From a virus (Duplodnaviria; Caudoviricetes), in the IMG/VR virus record IMGVR_UViG_3300010355_000898, positions 192,001 to 256,000 of that record: a DNA stretch of 64,000 bases. One strand, given 5' to 3'. This document shows positions 1-9,915 of the stretch, piece by piece. A program made the translations under genes and the position numbers. The first letter of the stretch is position 1; the number at the start of each line of letters is the position of its first letter. The notes beneath the pieces were generated by a model. It made no database searches, was not told where the DNA came from, and was given only the letters and a program-made list of their open reading frames with translations.

Positions 1-653
1 GTTGTGATATTTTTGTCAATTTTTGTATTTCTTGATATGTTTGTTTTTATGACAATACCAACATTTGGATCATCACTGAATGTTTCACACATCCATTTTA
101 ATGTATAGAAAATATTCTTTCTATCATTTTCTGGATTGTTTCCAGTTATTTGGCCAAACAACAAAAAATTGAACTCAGTGTCAATATTGAGATCAATTTT
201 TGCATCATTATTCAAAATTTCATTTGGAAATGCTTCAGGAACTATTGAGCAATTTTCAACATTTCCAATGCTATTCATTGCATGCTTTGATGGAAAGATC
301 ACATGATCCATTCTTTTACAATGATTTAACCAATCTGGATTTGAGATGTCTGTTTCAATTGCTGCCGTCAGTCCAATGTTTGTTGTTGCGATTGAATTAT
401 CCCATTCATTTGGTAGTTGTAATTGTAATGAAACGTCAAATCCTTTCAAATTTGTTGATGATGCATCAAATATTTTTCCAATCATACCATCATACTGATT
501 ACGATTTAAGATCCATGGTGTATCTCCCCATGGCATTATTTGAAATTTCACATCATATTTTTTTTCATCCAATAACCACTTTGCCACTTGACGACAATGT
601 ACGCCATAACCAGACTGTGTCAATATTGGGCCACGTAAAAGTACACTTTTCAT
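1..653 (-). CDS. Glycosyltransferase (GT-B), partial; runs off the window start
   Basis: Manual translation from ATG at 653: MKSVLLRGPILTQSGYGVHCRQVAKW..., a GT4-like N-terminal SGYG motif. ATGA overlap with the upstream GT. Absent from the ORF track because it is truncated. Confidence 0.75.
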   Translation of the reverse strand, partial: MKSVLLRGPILTQSGYGVHCRQVAKWLLDEKKYDVKFQIMPWGDTPWILNRNQYDGMIGKIFDASSTNLKGFDVSLQLQLPNEWDNSIATTNIGLTAAIETDISNPDWLNHCKRMDHVIFPSKHAMNSIGNVENCSIVPEAFPNEILNNDAKIDLNIDTEFNFLLFGQITGNNPENDRKNIFYTLKWMCETFSDDPNVGIVIKTNISRNTKIDKNIT

Positions 654-1897
654 ATTGAATTAACATTCCACCTTTTGATGTCAGAATTTTTCCAATCATT
701 GATCAATTTTGTTAATGACATATCCCAATCATTGATTGTGTTTTTCATATTGAACTTTGTTTGTGCATTAATTTGTGCCAAATTACCAATTCTTTCTCGC
801 TCACTCTGTGGTAATTTATACATTTTCATGATTGCGTCTGTTACTTTTTTATGTGAAACATAATCTTCATAAATGTATGGTATCATTTGATTTCCAACAA
901 GTGATTTCACATCCGGTTCGAGTGCACAACCAAATTCTGTGCCTGTTTCATCATCAAATACTTGTTCTATCATTCCACCAGTTTTCACAGCAATCAATGG
1001 TTTTGCTGCCATTTTTGCTTCCAACAGTGACAATCCAAATCCTTCATTGAGTGAAACATTTATCACAACGTCACTCAAATTGTATATGACATTCATCTTT
1101 TGAAAATCAAGTCTTTCATTTGAAAAGACAACATTTTCATTCAATTTCAACTGATCAATTACTCTGTGTAAATTTGGACCTTCCTGATCAAAGGGATCAG
1201 TATGCATCAACAATGTTGCTTTTGAATGACCTTCAGAAATTTGCAATTGATCTATAAATTGACGCCATGAAACAAGCAAATCATTTGCTCTCTTTCTTCT
1301 TGCATTTCTTGACACAAACAGCACAATAAAATGATCAGCTCTATTTTGTCCCAAAAGCTGAATTTTATTCTGTCTATTCTGTTCTTGCGTTAATTGAAAA
1401 TAGAGTTCATTTGGAACAGCATGAGGTATATAACCAACATTGTGTGTTGGCATATTTTCTTTCAACATATTGAAAGTCTGTTTGTTGATGCAATTGATCA
1501 GATCACAACTTTCATACAACACTCTGTTGAATTCTGGCCAGGGTGGATTGTCCCAAAGATGGTTGTATGCTATTGGACACACAGAATGTATTTCATCTTC
1601 CATTTCAAAAATGTGGATAAAAAATCTTGGGTCCGTGAACAATAGAACACAATCTGGCTGTTCTGTAGCAATTGCGTGGCGAATAAGATCTCTGGTACCA
1701 AAACCATCGATTGGTTTTATGATGAAATCATCATTCACTGTGACAATATCATAATTGTCATGTTTAACAGCTGCACCAAAACATTTGAAATTGTACCTAC
1801 CAGTTTCAATCAACCCATTGATCAACCATCTTGCTTGTGTACCAACACCTGAGCTTGATAATGGGTGATCAGAAAACAATAGTATTTTGTTTTTCAT
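650..1897 (-). CDS. GT4-family glycosyltransferase
   Basis: N-terminal SSSGVG, RNARRKR, and the GT4 donor-binding motif EGFGLSLLEA. Confidence 0.9.
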   Translation of the reverse strand: MKNKILLFSDHPLSSSGVGTQARWLINGLIETGRYNFKCFGAAVKHDNYDIVTVNDDFIIKPIDGFGTRDLIRHAIATEQPDCVLLFTDPRFFIHIFEMEDEIHSVCPIAYNHLWDNPPWPEFNRVLYESCDLINCINKQTFNMLKENMPTHNVGYIPHAVPNELYFQLTQEQNRQNKIQLLGQNRADHFIVLFVSRNARRKRANDLLVSWRQFIDQLQISEGHSKATLLMHTDPFDQEGPNLHRVIDQLKLNENVVFSNERLDFQKMNVIYNLSDVVINVSLNEGFGLSLLEAKMAAKPLIAVKTGGMIEQVFDDETGTEFGCALEPDVKSLVGNQMIPYIYEDYVSHKKVTDAIMKMYKLPQSERERIGNLAQINAQTKFNMKNTINDWDMSLTKLINDWKNSDIKRWNVNSI

Positions 1898-1944
1898 CAA
1901 AAATATAGTAACACAATCATATGTCTTGGTTAATAGTTAATGAT

Positions 1945-2172
1945 ATGAAACTTACTGAAGATGTGCTGCGTAAACTTATAAAAGAAGCATATGAAGATGA
2001 AGGAATTGATTTGACTGAAAAACTTCAAGGTGCAATTCTTGAAATTGAAGAAGATTTGTATGGTTATGGTGATCTTTTCAAAAGATATTCAGATGAAAAT
2101 GGATTACGTTTATATCAAGCATACCAATTACTTCTAAAACAATTTGAAGCTGTAAAATCTTGGGTTAAGTAA
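1945..2172 (+). CDS. Small protein with MKLT..LRKLIKE N-terminal helix; possible head-internal protein
   Basis: MKLTEDVLRKLIKEAYE. ATAGTTA motif at 1933-1939 just upstream. Opposite strand to its neighbours. Confidence 0.6.
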   Translation: MKLTEDVLRKLIKEAYEDEGIDLTEKLQGAILEIEEDLYGYGDLFKRYSDENGLRLYQAYQLLLKQFEAVKSWVK

Positions 2173-2177
2173 CAGTT

Positions 2178-2981
2178 TCATTTACACCATTCAGTATTTT
2201 TGAATTCACACCATTTACAGGCATTGCGATTTTTTAGAGCAATGCCTTTTTTTACGGCACTGATCATATTGTTGACAACTTTTATTGAACGTTCTGTTGT
2301 CAGATCACCAACAGATACTTTGATGAATTCACAACGTTTTCCCTGTTTTGCTACCTTTTTCAAGAGAAGAAATCCACATTGAATATCTTTTGGATCAATA
2401 TTCAATTTTTTTGAATAGAAATTTTTGTACAGGACCAATTGTGATTGGATCATTTTATCAGAACGTTTTTCAGCATTCCAACCCCAATTTGTTGTTTTGA
2501 AATCAATAATCCAATATTTCCACTTTTTTCCACTTTTTGTTGGAACCTTGATTATGCAATCAATAAAACCTTTGAATGCATGTTGTGGAAATTTTTCCAA
2601 TTGCTCATACAATTGGTGTTCTGCATCAACAGGTTGCCAATCAGGAAATGTTTCATTCAAATATTGAGGTAATTCCAACAATATTGCTTCAATATTTTCT
2701 AGGGCACTTGTGAGTGTTTCATGAGGATGAGCATGCTCGAGCCACAATTGCTTGAGCATATTTTGTGCAATGGTTACATCCATTGTTCCGGAATTCAAGA
2801 AATTTTCACACCCAGCATGTGCTGATGTACCAAAATCAAGAATTTCACTCGGTTTTTGATTGTCAATTTTTTCAATGTGATGCAATTTATGACGCCAACT
2901 GCATTCAGACCATTCTTTAACTTCTGAAAAACTTACATGAGGTTTTCCAGTTATTAGATTTTCAAATTGCAATTCAGACAT
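2178..2981 (-). CDS. PD-(D/E)XK nuclease, Cas4/AddB-like
   Basis: SFSE..W..C near the N-terminus, KGFID, IIDFKT, QL.LY, and C-terminal CKWC...C (1+3 Cys, Fe-S staple pattern). Confidence 0.85.
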   Translation of the reverse strand: MSELQFENLITGKPHVSFSEVKEWSECSWRHKLHHIEKIDNQKPSEILDFGTSAHAGCENFLNSGTMDVTIAQNMLKQLWLEHAHPHETLTSALENIEAILLELPQYLNETFPDWQPVDAEHQLYEQLEKFPQHAFKGFIDCIIKVPTKSGKKWKYWIIDFKTTNWGWNAEKRSDKMIQSQLVLYKNFYSKKLNIDPKDIQCGFLLLKKVAKQGKRCEFIKVSVGDLTTERSIKVVNNMISAVKKGIALKNRNACKWCEFKNTEWCK

Positions 2982-3994
2982 TAGCTTTTCTTTTCTGGCA
3001 CAATGAAATCAAATTGAAGTTGCTCACCAACGTTTTTGTTGTCTTCAATTTGACTAACCGCACGACCCTTCAGTTTTTCCCAATCTCTTTCAGGACGAAC
3101 TTCAAGATTTTTTTGCCATGCTGCGGACAACACTTTTGGATCAACACCAAGTTGTTTTGACAAAAAGATTAATGAATTCAAATCCTTAACAAAACATGAG
3201 CCAGCGAAACCAGGCAATAATCTACCGGTTCCATCATCTGCCGGCATTGGTCCTGGGACTTTCCAATGTGAATTACCCAATCGCTTATCAAGCGTTGCAA
3301 GCTCAACTATTCTATCATAGTCAATATCTTGACCGGTTTCAAGCAACTTTTCACAAACTTGATATATTTCATTTGCAAATGAAACCTTAACAGCTAAGAA
3401 ATTGTTGATCATATATTTCACCATCTCTGCATTAACTGCTGATGTTTTATGAATTGGAACTTGAGGAAATGCCAACATAAACAATTCTTTAACCTTATTG
3501 ATCCAAGGTCGTGGACCACCAAGAATGATCCTATCCTGATTTCTCATATCATTGAGTGCATTTGCTTCTGTAAGAAATTCAGGACAAAAAACTACATATA
3601 ATCCTTTGTCAACAAATTTTTTGTTCCAATTGTCAACACTTCCAGGTGTGACAGTTGATTTGATCACGGCAATACGTTCACCAGAAACTGATGCCAATTC
3701 TTCCAATGCACCATCGACAATTGACAAATCACAACTTCCATCCATTTTCATTGGCGTTGGAAGACATACAAAATAGATACCAGAAAAATTTGTTTCTCTA
3801 TTTTCAACAGTTTCGCACCTATCAATTAGGTTTGATATTGATGTTACATCACCTTTGTAATCAATTGGGATAGAACTACCTTCAACTCGCTTACCAGTTT
3901 TATCATATGTATAAACTGTTAAACCTCGTTCAGAAAGAACTGTCGTTAAAGATCCGCCAACAAAGCCTTGCCCAATTACTGCTACACTTGTCAT
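2981..3994 (-). CDS. ugd: UDP-glucose/GDP-mannose 6-dehydrogenase family (short form)
   Basis: GQGFVG Rossmann motif, CLPTP, IKSTV.PG, PEFL.E, AEMVKY..N.FLA.KVSFANE, catalytic GFAGSCFVKD. Confidence 0.9.
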   Translation of the reverse strand: MTSVAVIGQGFVGGSLTTVLSERGLTVYTYDKTGKRVEGSSIPIDYKGDVTSISNLIDRCETVENRETNFSGIYFVCLPTPMKMDGSCDLSIVDGALEELASVSGERIAVIKSTVTPGSVDNWNKKFVDKGLYVVFCPEFLTEANALNDMRNQDRIILGGPRPWINKVKELFMLAFPQVPIHKTSAVNAEMVKYMINNFLAVKVSFANEIYQVCEKLLETGQDIDYDRIVELATLDKRLGNSHWKVPGPMPADDGTGRLLPGFAGSCFVKDLNSLIFLSKQLGVDPKVLSAAWQKNLEVRPERDWEKLKGRAVSQIEDNKNVGEQLQFDFIVPEKKS

Positions 3995-4032
3995 ATTGAC
4001 ATATTTCAACAAAATTTATGATTGTTCAAAAA

Positions 4033-4770
4033 TCATAATCCAAACTTTGTCAAAAGAACCTGACCATAATCAACTTGTTCATCAGAATATGATCTGTCAT
4101 CTATGAACATTCTTCTATCCATTTTTATCAATTCTTTTTCTGAACAATTGAATTCAATTTCATTAATCTGATCAATCAATACATTGCATTCAATATCACT
4201 CTTATCAAGCGTTTTTGTTGGAAGATGATAATCATCAAACAGCATCAATTTATTGAAATGATGTTGTGTCAGTTCCCAATCAGTTTTTGTACCATTGTAT
4301 GTATGATCACCATCAATGTATATTAGATCATAATTGTCACAATTTTTCAAAGCATTGATTGAAATATCAGGGATGAACTCAATATTGAACCATTGACTTG
4401 GAAAAATTGTTTTGAGTGCATTGAGATGCTGCACAGTTTCTTGTGTTCCAAGATTTGGATCAACAGTTGTTATTCTGTAATCAACACCAAGATCATTGAA
4501 TGTTTTTGCAGCACAAAAAGTTGAATACCCTCTTCCAAAACCAATTTCAAGCATTGATTTGCAATTGTATTTTTTGATCAAATTGCTGATCAGAATACCT
4601 CTTTCATAATTTGATCTGTAGAACATCCCAGTTGTTTTGTATAATGGGTGTGTATTTGTTCTGTGCCTTTTTGCTGTAAATTCACCTATGAAATCAAAAT
4701 CACCCATATTGATTTCATCAATATTTACGCCAATATTTTTCAATTTTGTTTTGATATCAACAATCTTCAT
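4033..4770 (-). CDS. Class I SAM methyltransferase (Methyltransf_24-like)
   Basis: LEIGFGRGYS, YDLIYIDGDH, FDDY. Confidence 0.85.
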   Translation of the reverse strand: MKIVDIKTKLKNIGVNIDEINMGDFDFIGEFTAKRHRTNTHPLYKTTGMFYRSNYERGILISNLIKKYNCKSMLEIGFGRGYSTFCAAKTFNDLGVDYRITTVDPNLGTQETVQHLNALKTIFPSQWFNIEFIPDISINALKNCDNYDLIYIDGDHTYNGTKTDWELTQHHFNKLMLFDDYHLPTKTLDKSDIECNVLIDQINEIEFNCSEKELIKMDRRMFIDDRSYSDEQVDYGQVLLTKFGL

Positions 4771-5678
4771 AATTCATCAATCAACTTTCTAAATTCATTA
4801 TAGCCCTGTGGTAATTTCAAAAAATCTACATTTGGAATGTGTGGTTTTGCCAATGTAACATCATCATTTATTGCCTCTTGTGGTAAAACTATGTCTGCAA
4901 TTCCAACGTTTCTTGAAACAACTGGAACATCAAGAAGTCCGCATTCAATTAGGGCTTGAGGTCCACCTTCAACTCTTGATGTTATTGGATACAAATTCAA
5001 CATCTGATACAGATCATTTATGACATTTTGTTCAGGACGTTCAAAATAGTGATATTCTATTCCAAGATCATCCAATTTTTTCATAACATATTGTCTTCTC
5101 CAACCTGCCAAAATTACTTCCAATTTGAATTCATTTTTTCCCAATTTCTGCAATTTATCACATGCTTTAATGAACAAATCTGGACCTTTTTCAAGTTTTG
5201 GAGAGGTCAAATCATTGCCCTCTGTATCTCTCTGAAATGAGCCAATCAAAAATACATCATTTGGTACATTGTACTTTTTTCGTAAATTGATAATGTCATC
5301 AGTTTTGTACCAAATTTTTTGATTTGCCCAAAATGGAATTGTAACAATCCTTTTTGTTGTCAATTTGCTGATGAATTCAGCAGTGTGGTGATTTGCAGCA
5401 TGATATACATCTGTTATGTCATCTCTCATCTGAAAATCATAACGTTCATTTGGGCCAAATTTTTCTGGGACGATGTGATGAATTGATGTTATCACTCTTT
5501 TCTGTTTCAGAAATTGATATGGCAATTCTTTCCAACGCCAATCTGATAATAACCATATAACATTAGCACTCATTGGATCTTTGACTGTTATGTCCTGATT
5601 ATCAATTGACCATTCATTAACAAATCTATCACAAATCCAATTTTCATTTGCTGGCAATAACCAAACTCTATTGTGCAT
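4767..5678 (-). CDS. GT4-like glycosyltransferase
   Basis: EKGPD, SRVEGGPQALIE, PVVSRNVG. Confidence 0.85.
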   Translation of the reverse strand: MHNRVWLLPANENWICDRFVNEWSIDNQDITVKDPMSANVIWLLSDWRWKELPYQFLKQKRVITSIHHIVPEKFGPNERYDFQMRDDITDVYHAANHHTAEFISKLTTKRIVTIPFWANQKIWYKTDDIINLRKKYNVPNDVFLIGSFQRDTEGNDLTSPKLEKGPDLFIKACDKLQKLGKNEFKLEVILAGWRRQYVMKKLDDLGIEYHYFERPEQNVINDLYQMLNLYPITSRVEGGPQALIECGLLDVPVVSRNVGIADIVLPQEAINDDVTLAKPHIPNVDFLKLPQGYNEFRKLIDEL

Positions 5679-6603
5679 TCAGAACCTCATCAAAAAGTTT
5701 GATATACTGATCACAAACTCTATCCATTGAAATGTCATGATGTTTTCCCAAAGAATTTCTTTTTGGTAAATAACTCAATTGTTTTACATCAATTTGTGGT
5801 GGATTATCATAATCATACAATTCAAAATTGTATTTGACGCTATCATTAATGATCATACCATATTCATTCACCAATTCTTTTGTTCCACCAGTGTTTGAAC
5901 AGATGACTGGTAAATCCATACCCAGGGCCTCCACAATTACATTAGGACAATGGTCTGCCCAAGCTAAATGGATCATCCAATCTGATTGTGAATAAATGTT
6001 TAAGCAGTCTTGGTGAGGAATTGTACCAGTGTAATATACATGTGGATCATGTGCATTCACATATGGATTTGAACCCAAGATTATAAGACAACTGTTTTGA
6101 TATCCCAAATCATTTTTGATGTGCTGATAGCAATCAATATTTGCTTCAAGTCTTTTCTGACTGTGCCAATTTGATGAAGAAACAAATACAGTATCGTACT
6201 GTTTTCGTAATGATAGTTGTCCAAATTTGATATTTTCATCAGAAAGATCAATTCCATTGAGAATTGTTGAACACAATTTGTGTTTACCAAACCACTTTTC
6301 TGTCATCTGTTTATCAAAATCTGATTGAAATACACATGCATCAGTTGCATTGTATGTTTCAACAATGTTTCTATTCTTTAGATTGAATTCTTCAGGTTTA
6401 AACCAAATTCCATCAAGTCTTATTATGGACTTTTTTGCCAACCTATTTCCTGATTTTTCTATGAACACAAGAGACACATCTGCATTGTCTGAACTTTGCA
6501 ACACATGATGTCCCCTTTTGAAGAATGCTTTTGCTAAACGTAAAGCAAAACTGTTGGGCCCAGTTCTGCTGTTGAAATCAACATTGTCAAAATGAATATT
6601 CAT
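5668..6603 (-). CDS. GT4-like glycosyltransferase
   Basis: ILNGID, QKRLE, DHCPNVIVEALG..LPVICSNTGG. Confidence 0.85.
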   Translation of the reverse strand: MNIHFDNVDFNSRTGPNSFALRLAKAFFKRGHHVLQSSDNADVSLVFIEKSGNRLAKKSIIRLDGIWFKPEEFNLKNRNIVETYNATDACVFQSDFDKQMTEKWFGKHKLCSTILNGIDLSDENIKFGQLSLRKQYDTVFVSSSNWHSQKRLEANIDCYQHIKNDLGYQNSCLIILGSNPYVNAHDPHVYYTGTIPHQDCLNIYSQSDWMIHLAWADHCPNVIVEALGMDLPVICSNTGGTKELVNEYGMIINDSVKYNFELYDYDNPPQIDVKQLSYLPKRNSLGKHHDISMDRVCDQYIKLFDEVLNAQ

Positions 6604-6962
6604 GAACGTCTTTTAATTTCAATGATGAATTGTTCAGCAAATGGCGTACCATTAAAAATGGTTGCAAGCATTGCCAATTCTTTTGTTTCAATGTTTTTTG
6701 GATCAGCATATGCATCAAATATGTTTTCATCCAACAGATCACTATTATTGTTGATTTCTATACTCAAATAGAACATTTGAGAAATGAGGTTCATGGCTTC
6801 ATTTGTCAGTTCAATATTTGATCCTTTCATTACATCAACCATGGTATTGAAAATTTCACTGTATATTTGAATGCATAATGTTCTTGTTATTGGCTGTTCT
6901 GCTGTAATTTTTTTCAATTTTTCTGTCAACAATGTTGAAATTGATTTGAATACATTGTTCAT
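6600..6962 (-). CDS. Hypothetical helical protein, paralog of 6959-7333
   Basis: ATGA-coupled within the operon; aligns colinearly by eye with its neighbour. Confidence 0.7.
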   Translation of the reverse strand: MNNVFKSISTLLTEKLKKITAEQPITRTLCIQIYSEIFNTMVDVMKGSNIELTNEAMNLISQMFYLSIEINNNSDLLDENIFDAYADPKNIETKELAMLATIFNGTPFAEQFIIEIKRRS

Positions 6963-7333
6963 GATAACATCTTTCTGCTGTTCAATTCTTCACTCAGATC
7001 ATCATACAACAATGTATTATTCAACAATTTTATCAATTGTTCAAGATCTTGTGTTTTCAGATCTTTTGTTGAATATTCATTCATCATAATCAATTCTGAA
7101 ATTTTCATTTCATTTATTTGCAAATTTTTGAAATACTTCATTGTTAACCACTTTATTGCAATGTCAGAAATGTACGTTTGATTGTTGATCAATGTGGCAG
7201 TTATTTCATTCTTGATTTCATTAAAGATTTTGTGCAGTGCAACATCTGGTTGCAAATTTTGTGTTGCAAGTTTTGAAACCTCTTGCTGCACAATGATTGG
7301 CAATGTTTTTTCGAGTGTTTGATTGAAAGTCAT
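6959..7333 (-). CDS. Hypothetical helical protein, paralog of 6600-6962
   Basis: Operon coupling and colinear similarity with 6600-6962. Confidence 0.7.
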   Translation of the reverse strand: MTFNQTLEKTLPIIVQQEVSKLATQNLQPDVALHKIFNEIKNEITATLINNQTYISDIAIKWLTMKYFKNLQINEMKISELIMMNEYSTKDLKTQDLEQLIKLLNNTLLYDDLSEELNSRKMLS

Positions 7334-7352
7334 ATCTAGATTTTATAGCATA

Positions 7353-8144
7353 ATGATTTACATTGGTACAACAATATCATCGACATTGGAAAGTAATAGT
7401 CAAGACTTTTTCAAATCTGTTGAAAAGAATGATCAACATCAACATTTTTGTTGTGCAATAAACATGAAAAATTTGAAAACATTCATCAATGATCACAAAT
7501 CATTCAATTTCATAAATCTTGACATCAAAAATGTTTCATCAAAATATTATGATGGTTGGCCTGAAAATAGACAAAATTTTGTTTCACTACAAACAGGTGA
7601 ATTTGTTGAATATATTGAATGCGATGATGATGACGTTGTCATTTTTTGTGATTATGATATCACAATGCAAAAGCCATTGACAAACGCACACATCGAAATG
7701 TTCTCATCAATTGATGAGAATACATTCCTTTTAGAATATGATCATTTTCCACCAATCATGTGTTTACATGATTATTGTTTGATGTTTAAACCAATCTGTG
7801 GTGATCAAAAAATATTTGAACTGTTTCCAGAAAATATGAAATCATTGCATGTATACAATGCAGGTGTCATTGTTGCAAAATTTGGTGCATGGAAAAAATT
7901 GTGGAAAAATGTTTCAAATGTTTATTGCAACATATCAAATTTTAGACATCATGGCGCAATCCAATTTTTATTGAACCATTGTATGCAAATTGATGGTTTA
8001 AGAATACAAAACTTACCATTTGATATTCATAATGCTTTTTGGTTCAATGGCACAAAAAGCTATGAAAAGAATAGAAAATTGCATATTGATGGAATACCTG
8101 TTGTGTTTTCACATCACAAATTTATGAAAACATATTCATTCTGA
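7353..8144 (+). CDS. GT8-like / nucleotide-diphospho-sugar transferase (GT-A)
   Basis: DxD motif FCDYDI, YNAGV, Q..LN, and terminal FSHH. Confidence 0.65.
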   Translation: MIYIGTTISSTLESNSQDFFKSVEKNDQHQHFCCAINMKNLKTFINDHKSFNFINLDIKNVSSKYYDGWPENRQNFVSLQTGEFVEYIECDDDDVVIFCDYDITMQKPLTNAHIEMFSSIDENTFLLEYDHFPPIMCLHDYCLMFKPICGDQKIFELFPENMKSLHVYNAGVIVAKFGAWKKLWKNVSNVYCNISNFRHHGAIQFLLNHCMQIDGLRIQNLPFDIHNAFWFNGTKSYEKNRKLHIDGIPVVFSHHKFMKTYSF

Positions 8145-9096
8145 CTTGAGATGATATCCAATCATATGTTTTTTCTAAACCATCATACAATTTCATGCTT
8201 GGTGACCAATTCAATTCTTTCATAATCAATCTGTTGTCTGATGATCTTCCTCTAACACCTTGTGGACCATCAATGTGTTTTATTTTGAGAGTTTTTCCAG
8301 AAATTTTTATGATCATTTCGGCAAGCTGATTGATTGATACCATTTCATCAGATCCAATATTGATTGGGTTTTTGAAATTTGATGCCATCAATCTTTCAAT
8401 ACCTTCAAGACATTCATCAATGTATAAAAATGTTCTTGTTTGATTTCCATCTCCCCAAATTTCAATTTCATCACCACTGTTTGCCATGGCTACTTTTCTA
8501 CAAAGAGCAGCGGGAGCTTTTTCTCTACCACCATTCCACGTACCAAGTGGACCAAAAATATTGTGAAATCTTGCTATTCTTATATCAATGTTTTTTGTCC
8601 TATTGTAGGTTGAATATAATCGTTCACTGAACAATTTTTCCCAACCATATTCACTGTCAGGATTTGCTGGATACGCTGAGCTCTCTTCACAATTTGGGTT
8701 ATTTGGATCCATTTGATTATATTCAGGATAAGCACATGCCGAGGATGAGTAGAATATTTTTACCTGTTTATGCAATCTGCTGACTGCATTCAATATGTTC
8801 AAATTTATCATTGCAGAATTGTGCATAATTTCAGCATCATTTTTGCCAGTGAACACAAATCCAGCACCACCCATATCAGCTGCCAACTGATAAATTGTGT
8901 CAGGTTTTGAAAGAAGTATCATTTCATTAACTTCAAGTTGATTTCTCAAATCAACAATGTTGAACTCTTTACATTTCATTCCATATTCATGATGTTTGAT
9001 GTCAACACCATAGACATCATGACCTTGCATTGTCAACTTTGTTGACAAGTGACCACCAATAAAACCACCTGCTCCAAGCACCAAAACCTTACTCAT
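8122..9096 (-). CDS. NAD-dependent epimerase, GDP-mannose 3',5'-epimerase-like
   Basis: GAGGFIG, QLAADMGG.GF, YSSSACAYP, YGWEK, RFHNIFGP.GTW.GGREKAPAALCRK. Confidence 0.9.
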   Translation of the reverse strand: MSKVLVLGAGGFIGGHLSTKLTMQGHDVYGVDIKHHEYGMKCKEFNIVDLRNQLEVNEMILLSKPDTIYQLAADMGGAGFVFTGKNDAEIMHNSAMINLNILNAVSRLHKQVKIFYSSSACAYPEYNQMDPNNPNCEESSAYPANPDSEYGWEKLFSERLYSTYNRTKNIDIRIARFHNIFGPLGTWNGGREKAPAALCRKVAMANSGDEIEIWGDGNQTRTFLYIDECLEGIERLMASNFKNPINIGSDEMVSINQLAEMIIKISGKTLKIKHIDGPQGVRGRSSDNRLIMKELNWSPSMKLYDGLEKTYDWISSQVRMNMFS

Positions 9097-9111
9097 AAAA
9101 CAAATAGTACT

Positions 9112-9915
9112 CTACTTTTTCAGATATTTGGCAGCCATTACACAACTCAATTTTGTTTTTTCATAACAATGATGTTCAAACCATTGTGTTGTGTCAATAA
9201 TTGGTATTCTGTGTTTTGAACAAAAATAGTTGTATGCTGTCTGTTCACTGCAAGACCAAATTTTTACTCTAATGTTTTCACCTTCTGAGAACTTAACAAT
9301 TGATGAAATGTCAACGTCAATAAGTTTTTGTGTCAAAATTTTCAATTCATCTTTGTGAGTATGAAATTTTTGTGGTAGTGCAAAAATACCCATATTGTGA
9401 ATATCAAAATTGCTGGTGTTGAATGCTTTTTCAGCTGCATACTTTTCACCCCAATGCAATTTTCCATCTGAACATTTACGTTCAAATTTCCACATCAGTG
9501 CATTATCATCAATCAAATTGAACAGATCATCACAGTTTTTTAAGCATGTCAAATCATTATCAAGTTTGATAACATTTTCATGTTCACAAAATTCTTGTGA
9601 ATAGTATTCAACTATGGGCCAAAAACAATATTCATGTTGTGACCACTTTTTTATCAATTCAGAATTTTCAACAACATTCAAATTGTTACAGTTGACATCA
9701 TATTGTGAAATTTTTGACAATAACAATTCTCTATTGTCAGTTAAGACATCATATTGCGTTTTTTTATTGTGATTTAGTACTGTTGCTATTGATGCTGCAG
9801 CATACTCAAAAATGTTATCCCTATTTTTGTAACCTTCTTTTGCCCAAACTCTACCACTGGAATACATTTTCAAAAAATCATAATCAAACACAAGACTGAT
9901 GAATTTGTTATTCAC
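9112..9915 (-). CDS. Putative GT-A glycosyltransferase (GT8-like)
   Basis: VLTDN, KLDNDL (DxD), NMGIF, SEQTA. GTG start overlaps the upstream TGA. Confidence 0.6.
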   Translation of the reverse strand: MNNKFISLVFDYDFLKMYSSGRVWAKEGYKNRDNIFEYAAASIATVLNHNKKTQYDVLTDNRELLLSKISQYDVNCNNLNVVENSELIKKWSQHEYCFWPIVEYYSQEFCEHENVIKLDNDLTCLKNCDDLFNLIDDNALMWKFERKCSDGKLHWGEKYAAEKAFNTSNFDIHNMGIFALPQKFHTHKDELKILTQKLIDVDISSIVKFSEGENIRVKIWSCSEQTAYNYFCSKHRIPIIDTTQWFEHHCYEKTKLSCVMAAKYLKK

